This document shows positions 56,145 to 64,000 of a stretch of DNA of 64,000 nucleotides, in pieces. The notes below the pieces were generated by a model, which had not been told where the DNA came from, searched no databases, and saw only the letters and a list, made by a program, of their open reading frames with translations. Source of the DNA: an uncultured virus (IMG/VR IMGVR_UViG_3300005290_000006) (lineage: Duplodnaviria > Heunggongvirae > Uroviricota > Caudoviricetes); the IMG/VR virus record IMGVR_UViG_3300005290_000006, positions 1-64,000 of that record; one strand, written 5' to 3'. Position 1 is the stretch's first letter. Each line of letters begins with the position of its first letter. The translations under genes were made by a program, and so were the position numbers.

Positions 56145-58151
56145 ATGAGCGTTAACACTGGATCCTCTTCCTGGGAAAATGACGACAAGACCAACAAGGC
56201 CGAGGACGATGCGTCCATCCAGACCACCACTTCCGGTCTGGCTAAAGGTGGCCTCGGTGGCTTGTTCCAACTGGTCTCGATGACCTCCGACAACCGCAAC
56301 CTCAAAGAAGTTGCTGATACCACCGAGCAGATCATCGAGCTGTACAAGCGCATCAAGAACTCGACTACTGCCGAGCTGCAACTGAGCATCATCCCGGAAG
56401 TCGAAAACATGACTCCGTCGATCTCGCCAGTTCTGCCGGGCATCTGCTTCTACCGCGAAATCGGCGGCGTGCTGTACGTCATGGGCGCTCTGTTCTCCAA
56501 CAAGCACCTGACCATCAGCTCCGAATACATCCGCATGAACTCCCAGATGGGCTTCGGCGGTGTATCGCAATCCGTATCGGCTCCACTGACTCCGGCCAGC
56601 TACGCCGACAAGAACGTGGTCGACAACCTGCGTGCCCACTACACTCGCGTCGGCGAGAGCAAAGGCATCAAGGCCGTCACCATCATCAACATGGTCGTGG
56701 TCGACCTGGAAATGCTGGAACACCCAGAAGCTGGCGACGTTAAAGATCGTCCGCACGCTCTCGCTCAGTACCTCACCGGTGCCTGGGAAGAAGCCCTGCT
56801 GGTCAAGGTTCCGCAAGAAATGGCAATCGCCGGCGCCAAGATTCCTTCGCCGTTCGCCAACAAAACCAGTCCTTATGGCAAGGACGGTCACGCTGAAGCC
56901 CGTGTATCGGCAATCAGCGGCCGTGTAACCGCAGGCAAGACTCTGTCCGCGGCCAACATGGAAGTGATCGCTTCCACCATGAACAACATCAACAACCCGA
57001 ACGCGTACGCAGCGAACTCCAAGGAAATCGCTCGCGTTACCGCAACCGTCGCGCTGAACGCTCAGTCGTTCCAGGCCTACACCGCTCAACTGGCAGCGGC
57101 CTCCGGTCGTCAGCAGCAGGAAGCTCTGCAACGCATGATGAACCTGGGTGGCGGTATCTACCCACAAGGCTACCGCCCACTCGCCCCGGTGATCACCATC
57201 GAGGAAGCGCAAGCCGGCGAAATGATGTCGTACAACCAAGGTCTGGCGCCGTACTTCTTCGGCCTGTACCTGTTGATGGCAACCAACAACAACTTCGTGT
57301 TCGCTGAAGCTCTGCGTAAGCACAGCGTCGGCGCTCGCGGCAACCTGGCTTCTCTGGAAGTGCGTATCGAGGAAATGCTGGCACAAGTGGCCCAGTTCCC
57401 GAACCGCATCATCCTGACCGAGAAGACCGTTACCGACACCGATCTGGTCAATGGCTGGATCCGTCAGAACGTTTCTCCTCACGCCACGTTCCAGGTCAAC
57501 ATCAACCCATGCGGTCCGCACGCCTCGATCCAGAACTATCTGGTACGCCTGGCCAGCCCGAAACGCAAGGAAGAAGTGCAGACCATGATCGCCGTACTCG
57601 ACGCGCTGTCCAACGACGCGTTCTCCGGCCTCATCGAGCGCAACATGAAAGCCAACAGCGGTTGGGTTCCGACCATGCCTGTGCTGCACCGTACCCCGGT
57701 CATCACTGTCAACGGTCTGGCTGAAATCGGCGGCAAGAAGCTGAACACCCAAGAGCTGGACGAGATGATGCTCGGTCACCTCAAGGGCAAAGGCGGCACC
57801 GCGTCGATCCAGCAGTACCTGGCCACCCAGTACGGCATGACCAACGAAGACTTCAAGGCTCGTTGCCAGAAGCTGCGTCTGGAACTGAACCAGTCGATCT
57901 TCGACGGCGCAGTCCACATCAACAGCTTCGCTCAGACTCACATCTGGGATCCACAGCTGATGGCAATCATCGGCGAAGCGCTGGACGGCATCGGTACCCT
58001 GAACGTCGCCAACAACCTGGGCAGCTTCCGCACCAACACCCTGGTCTTCGCACCGGGCGCTGGTCTGGCAACCTTCCAGTCCGTTGGTTCCAACAACCCA
58101 AGCGGCGCCGGCCTGGGCGCTGGCTACGGCATGAACCAGGCTTTCGGTTGA
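56145..58151 (+). CDS. chmA: Chimallin, major phage nuclear shell protein (phiKZ gp54-like), 668 aa
   Basis: Size, extreme codon bias, own promoter and terminator, Gly-rich aromatic C-terminal tail, and conserved position upstream of nvRNAP beta' in a PhuZ-encoding phage. Call rests mostly on synteny. Confidence 0.82.
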   Translation: MSVNTGSSSWENDDKTNKAEDDASIQTTTSGLAKGGLGGLFQLVSMTSDNRNLKEVADTTEQIIELYKRIKNSTTAELQLSIIPEVENMTPSISPVLPGICFYREIGGVLYVMGALFSNKHLTISSEYIRMNSQMGFGGVSQSVSAPLTPASYADKNVVDNLRAHYTRVGESKGIKAVTIINMVVVDLEMLEHPEAGDVKDRPHALAQYLTGAWEEALLVKVPQEMAIAGAKIPSPFANKTSPYGKDGHAEARVSAISGRVTAGKTLSAANMEVIASTMNNINNPNAYAANSKEIARVTATVALNAQSFQAYTAQLAAASGRQQQEALQRMMNLGGGIYPQGYRPLAPVITIEEAQAGEMMSYNQGLAPYFFGLYLLMATNNNFVFAEALRKHSVGARGNLASLEVRIEEMLAQVAQFPNRIILTEKTVTDTDLVNGWIRQNVSPHATFQVNINPCGPHASIQNYLVRLASPKRKEEVQTMIAVLDALSNDAFSGLIERNMKANSGWVPTMPVLHRTPVITVNGLAEIGGKKLNTQELDEMMLGHLKGKGGTASIQQYLATQYGMTNEDFKARCQKLRLELNQSIFDGAVHINSFAQTHIWDPQLMAIIGEALDGIGTLNVANNLGSFRTNTLVFAPGAGLATFQSVGSNNPSGAGLGAGYGMNQAFG

Positions 58152-58177
58152 TTCTAACCGAAGTTAAATAAACATGG

Positions 58178-58230
58178 ATGGGTTAGGGAGGCTTCGGTCT
58201 TCCTAACCTTATCTTTGCTTTTATAATTTT
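58178..58230 (+). terminator. Intrinsic terminator
   Basis: GGTTAGGGAGGC-TTCG-GTCTTCCTAACC followed by a T-rich tail. Confidence 0.8.
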
Positions 58231-58243
58231 GGAGTTATCGTAA

Positions 58244-59881
<1,638 letters not shown>

Positions 59882-59883
59882 TA

Positions 59884-60522
59884 ATGAAAAGCGCTAACGC
59901 ATTTAGTTACGCAATCTCCGGCAGCTTTACGGAAAACCAGATTGATCGCTACAGCGATTACCTGAACCAAAGTACTGCCGCTCTCCAAGGAGTAGGTGGA
60001 TGGCTCGCAGACCAAGCCGCGAAGACAATGGAACAATTCAACGTCTTCAAGAATTCCCGTGCTTGGGAAATGGGTAAGCGGTTGCTGGGTACTTCCGACG
60101 GCGATTATGTCCCACGTTATGAGATCGGTTATCTCGGCAGCATCAGTGCACAACAGGCGGCTCAAGGGCACATGCGCGACATCATCATGTGCCACCCGAT
60201 GCTACAGCAAATGTACATCGACGAAGAGATCTCCGGCTACGGGGGCGACTTCAGTGCGTGGAACACCGGTATCGGCGTGGACAACTTGTTCTACCGTCGT
60301 ATGTGGAACGGTGTGCTTCATCTGGAAGTGGTAGACGATAAACCTAAGCTGACCCATGCTCACTACTTTGATACAGTCGGTGGGCAACTGTCGTTCCGTG
60401 AACGTGTGGACTCTCACAAGACTCACGCAGCGATCGATCACAACATGGCGAAGAAGATGTTCGACGTCACGAGTGAAATGGGCGACAAGCTGAAGTCGTA
60501 CGTTGAGCCGACCGAAGAGTAA
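59884..60522 (+). CDS. Conserved phiKZ-like hypothetical protein, 212 aa
   Basis: ORF coupled to the RNAP gene; core-block synteny. Confidence 0.75.
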   Translation: MKSANAFSYAISGSFTENQIDRYSDYLNQSTAALQGVGGWLADQAAKTMEQFNVFKNSRAWEMGKRLLGTSDGDYVPRYEIGYLGSISAQQAAQGHMRDIIMCHPMLQQMYIDEEISGYGGDFSAWNTGIGVDNLFYRRMWNGVLHLEVVDDKPKLTHAHYFDTVGGQLSFRERVDSHKTHAAIDHNMAKKMFDVTSEMGDKLKSYVEPTEE

Positions 60523-60530
60523 CTGACTAT

Positions 60531-60575
60531 AGACCGACAGGAGGGCAACCCCTTCCTGTTGGTTTATTTTTTTTT
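60531..60575 (+). terminator. Intrinsic terminator
   Basis: ACCGACAGGAGGG / CCTTCCTGTTGGT stem followed by a long T-tract. Confidence 0.85.
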
Positions 60576-60635
60576 GTCTCTTTAGATATTACGTTGGGGA
60601 CAAAGTGGTCTTTATTTCAACGGAAGGGCTTATCT

Positions 60636-61037
60636 ATGGGAACATTTTTGGTTGGAACGCTGTCGACGTCTCACGGATGGGAAACCAAGTCTGTGCCGGA
60701 CGCGTTGGCGAAACATATTACATATTGGTTCCAAAGCCGTAGGAACCAAGGCAAGGTCATCGGGAATGTCCCTAGCTTCTATTACCTGATCAAGCAATTC
60801 GGTCAGGATCCAGATAAGCTGGTGGAACAAACCCGGAACGAACTGGAGCGGTACATCAAGGAATTGTTTCCGGTTTGCTCCGTGACTGTGACCAAGGAAA
60901 ATCTTACTGGCAAGCTCAATCAATACACACTCATCATCGCTGTCCGGGTCATTAACGACGATGTCGCTTACGACTTGGCAGAAGCGGTGCTGATTACCGG
61001 CGAACAATACAAACTAATAGATGCAGCGAGGCTCTAA
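60636..61037 (+). CDS. Conserved phiKZ-like hypothetical protein, 133 aa
   Basis: ATG at 60636 after AAGGG; core-block position. Confidence 0.7.
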   Translation: MGTFLVGTLSTSHGWETKSVPDALAKHITYWFQSRRNQGKVIGNVPSFYYLIKQFGQDPDKLVEQTRNELERYIKELFPVCSVTVTKENLTGKLNQYTLIIAVRVINDDVAYDLAEAVLITGEQYKLIDAARL

Positions 61038-61793
61038 ATGGAAAAGCACGAACGGCAGGCGATCATTGATAACGACTTCGGTTGGCTGAACGAGATCCAG
61101 GTTCTGGAGATCGACGGCAAGCTCATGCTGGGCGATGGCGACATGCCTTTCAACGTGTCTCTGGTCATGCGTGAGGACGAGTTCGTTCGCAAGTGGCTCA
61201 TGGGCTTTGCAATCGGCAACAGCCTGGGTACGAACTACTTCAACGCCCAGGAATGGCACGCCCGCACCAACCGCGGTACTCAGTCGGCACTGATCGTCGA
61301 CAATGAGAACAACCCGGTCGCTTTGATTCGTCCGCTGATCTCGCACAACCTGAACGCTCACGACTTCGAACTGCTGCGCGCTGCTAGCCGCCATATCCAG
61401 CAGGTTCAAGCCGACACCGTTCGCAGTAACGATCCGAACGCCAGCATGGGCGTGGCCAACCTGGTGAAGAACCACCTGCAAGCCAAGCGCCTGACCATCA
61501 CCGATCTGGTGGCGCCTGAGTTCTACACCAAGCACGGCATCATCCCTGAAGTAGAGCAGAAGATCTACTACATCAAGGACGTCATCCGTCGCGGTCAAGC
61601 GCCGATCGAAGACATCAACAAGTCTCGCGACATCCTCTACCGTGATCACCGCAAAGAAGTGGTAACGGCTGAGGAGTACAGGTTCCTGGCTGAACTGAGC
61701 TTGGGCGAGTTCATCGTCGACGAGAAGCTCGAAGAAGCACCGACCACGGCTGCCGGCGAGCGTGAGAAACCAAGCAACCCACTGGAATGCTAA
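61038..61793 (+). CDS. Conserved phiKZ-like hypothetical protein, 251 aa
   Basis: GAGG SD; codon bias. Confidence 0.75.
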   Translation: MEKHERQAIIDNDFGWLNEIQVLEIDGKLMLGDGDMPFNVSLVMREDEFVRKWLMGFAIGNSLGTNYFNAQEWHARTNRGTQSALIVDNENNPVALIRPLISHNLNAHDFELLRAASRHIQQVQADTVRSNDPNASMGVANLVKNHLQAKRLTITDLVAPEFYTKHGIIPEVEQKIYYIKDVIRRGQAPIEDINKSRDILYRDHRKEVVTAEEYRFLAELSLGEFIVDEKLEEAPTTAAGEREKPSNPLEC

Positions 61794-61802
61794 GGAAGCA
61801 AC

Positions 61803-61955
61803 ATGACAGCTCAACCGTTGGTTTTAATCGGCACCAATTATTACACCTTCGATAAGCTGGCTACGGGGAAACAAGCGATCGCCGCGTATCGGCTGATGGC
61901 TCGACTCAGTAAGTCGAACACTCTGGTAACTGTCGCGGTATCGCTTAAAGGGTAA
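61803..61955 (+). CDS. Small hypothetical protein, 50 aa (not in ORF track)
   Basis: TAAGGA SD; MTAQPLVLIGTNYYTFDKL...; exactly fills the intergenic gap. Confidence 0.6.
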   Translation: MTAQPLVLIGTNYYTFDKLATGKQAIAAYRLMARLSKSNTLVTVAVSLKG

Positions 61956-61969
61956 GGGGAAGTTCCACT

Positions 61970-63094
61970 ATGCGGGCGCTCTGGAGTTCAGATCACCACA
62001 CGCTACACAACAACACTCCCACGCGTCACATCCTGGGGAACCTGGATACCTTCTTGTTGAAGGACCACGACCTGGCCAAGGTAGACATTGTTTTCTTTGG
62101 GGGTGATTTCTTTGAAGGCATGGTGGAACGTCCAAACCCTGACATGTATCGGGTAGAGGAGTGGGCCACCAGGACATTCCGAGAATTCGATAAGCACAAT
62201 GTAATAACGGTCTTTCTGGCGGGTACTCAGTCTCACGACATGGGGCAACCGGCGCACTTCAAGTTCAATGCTCCGCCAAGTCTAGACTTCCGGTACATTG
62301 ACACCCTCTGCATTGAAACATACGACAAGCTTGACGGCTTAACTGTCATGTACGTCCCGGACAACATGGGTGCATTGACTCCAGACGATATCTGGGAGAA
62401 GGCCCTCAAGGTCCTTGCAGCTGCGAACCTCACTCAGGTTGACCTGATTGCCTTTCACGGGGCTTTCGAGTTCCAGCTGCATCCCAAGGCCCGACACAAG
62501 GCACATAACCTTGAGCGTTGGGAATCCATTGCAAAGTACGCCATCTTTGCCGGCCATATCCACAAACCGGTACAGACGGGGAAGCTGTATACCTCGGGTA
62601 GTTTCGATCGTGACAAACACGGCGAAGAATATCCAAAGGGCGGTTACTGCATTGACTTGGATTTGAAGACGGGTAAGTTTAATCCTGTCTTCTGGGAAAA
62701 CAAGAACGCGTTGCCTTATCTCACGATGAATGTAACGCAGGACATCACACCGGAACAATTGGTGTCGGATGTTCATGCCTTTATACGGGATCACCGACTG
62801 CCGAAAGGCGCTCATGTTCGCATCATGGGTGGAGCGGCGGAGATTGTGAACCCGGTGGTGACAGTGTTGGGGTACGAGTATCCTGACCTGCACATCAAAG
62901 CGGAAAACGAGCTCAGCAAAGAAATCCTGCTGGACGAAGAGTTGTTTGACAGTACCGTGTACGAAGGTGTGACAATCGGTTGCGAGAACATTGCATCTTC
63001 GCTGAAAGCAGAAATGACCAAGTCGTTGGAAGAGTTGGAAAGAGCTGGCATTTCTGAAGATGAAGCATTCAACGTGTTGAAGGAGTTCCTATGA
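61970..63094 (+). CDS. SbcD/Mre11-like metallophosphoesterase nuclease
   Basis: SDHH, GGDFFE, GTQSHD, FHG, GHIH and SGSFDR motifs. Confidence 0.9.
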   Translation: MRALWSSDHHTLHNNTPTRHILGNLDTFLLKDHDLAKVDIVFFGGDFFEGMVERPNPDMYRVEEWATRTFREFDKHNVITVFLAGTQSHDMGQPAHFKFNAPPSLDFRYIDTLCIETYDKLDGLTVMYVPDNMGALTPDDIWEKALKVLAAANLTQVDLIAFHGAFEFQLHPKARHKAHNLERWESIAKYAIFAGHIHKPVQTGKLYTSGSFDRDKHGEEYPKGGYCIDLDLKTGKFNPVFWENKNALPYLTMNVTQDITPEQLVSDVHAFIRDHRLPKGAHVRIMGGAAEIVNPVVTVLGYEYPDLHIKAENELSKEILLDEELFDSTVYEGVTIGCENIASSLKAEMTKSLEELERAGISEDEAFNVLKEFL

Positions 63095-63897
63095 GATCTA
63101 CCGGTACATTGGGGATGTCCGTAGGGACTTCTCTTGCTTTCGAGGGTGAGGCGGCTAACAGCATACGCAGTGCGGACACAGTCATGTTCAATCTGCTGAC
63201 GCTGATCCGTAACGCTCACCAGTCTTACGAAACATCGGACACCGAACGGTTCGATGCCAAACAGATTGCTGAGGATGTTTCCAGTGATCTGCGGTTGCTG
63301 GGTGAGTGGATGGAAAAAGCCCGGCAGAACAAACCGATCCAGATGGTGGTGTATTACCCGGATTACAGTGCGTTAAAATCAGACTTCCCAAAAGCTGATC
63401 TGGTGGACCATTCGGAAACCTCCAAGGACGCTACCCCCAAGCAGAAGGCTTACTACAAGCTGGCGAAGGACGTCGCGAAGAAACTGGTGACCCAGTACGG
63501 GAAGTTGATTGTCGAGACCAAAGCAAAGTTACCGTCCTTCAATGGTAAAGGGATTGTATTGACGCACCATGTTGTCGATCTAACCACTGCCAGTGGGATT
63601 GGGAGACTCTGGCTACTGGAATCCCACACGGGGTCCTTGAAGCCTTTCACGCTTTGGTACACCAAACTTACCGGCGGCAATGAACTGCATTACATCCCGT
63701 TCAATCGCCTGACAATTCAGATCTTCGGCGACAAGTCGACCAACTTCAAAGCCTCCTCGCATGGCATCCGGGAGTTGGTGAAGAAGCTTGCCCAGGATAA
63801 TCACTGGACATCTGCTACGACCCTGGGTCGTATAAGGGGCACCATCAACAGTCTTCCGCAAGGTGTGGATAAAGCTGGCCTATTGCTCATGCTTTAA
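63091..63897 (+). CDS. Conserved phiKZ-like protein, possibly PIN / 5'-3' exonuclease-like fold, 268 aa
   Basis: SVGTSLAFE, FNLLTLIRN, LLESHTG and QIFGD motifs; coupled to the nuclease gene. Fold guess is weak. Confidence 0.6.
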   Translation: MRSTGTLGMSVGTSLAFEGEAANSIRSADTVMFNLLTLIRNAHQSYETSDTERFDAKQIAEDVSSDLRLLGEWMEKARQNKPIQMVVYYPDYSALKSDFPKADLVDHSETSKDATPKQKAYYKLAKDVAKKLVTQYGKLIVETKAKLPSFNGKGIVLTHHVVDLTTASGIGRLWLLESHTGSLKPFTLWYTKLTGGNELHYIPFNRLTIQIFGDKSTNFKASSHGIRELVKKLAQDNHWTSATTLGRIRGTINSLPQGVDKAGLLLML

Positions 63898-63967
63898 TCC
63901 CACTGCAACCCAATGTATATAGACGAAAACTTCTTCATTTTCTAAATTCTTATTTAAGGTCATCACC

Positions 63968-64000
63968 ATGAACGGTAACAACAACGGTCAACGTCCTGCT
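63968..64000 (+). CDS. Start of a gene running off the window (MNGNNNGQRPA...)
   Basis: TAAGG SD and ATG after an AT-rich intergenic region. Confidence 0.6.
   Translation, partial: MNGNNNGQRPA

Overview
This window is part of a phiKZ-like, nucleus-forming jumbo phage (Chimalliviridae-like). Gene order (giant tail lytic protein divergent from the virion RNAP genes, then a modular endolysin) resembles the EL/OBP-like branch. A Pseudomonas-type host is suggested by a PL7 alginate lyase. Main content in order: a >2500-aa tail protein on the minus strand that the ORF track missed because it runs off the window (GH19 plus M15-peptidase domains); virion RNAP beta' and beta subunits; endolysin; prohead protease; an accessory block (NUDIX, PP-loop/QueC-like, dTMP kinase, early small genes); tail tube, sheath and baseplate; a large terminase with a class-3-type intein; alginate lyase; an HslV-like Ntn hydrolase; PhuZ tubulin; a family-B DNA polymerase subunit; chimallin; a non-virion RNAP beta' subunit; and an SbcD-like nuclease. 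The best candidate novelties are (1) a 92-aa single-pass membrane protein overprinted in the +1 frame inside the virion RNAP beta gene with its own Shine-Dalgarno, (2) several long, multi-branched, G-U-containing structured intergenic elements that may be phage ncRNAs, (3) two apparent pseudo-enzymes (dead dTMP-kinase fold, dead HD fold), and (4) the alginate lyase and the two-hydrolase tail protein. All calls come from reading motifs and synteny by eye; no database searches or folding computations were run.
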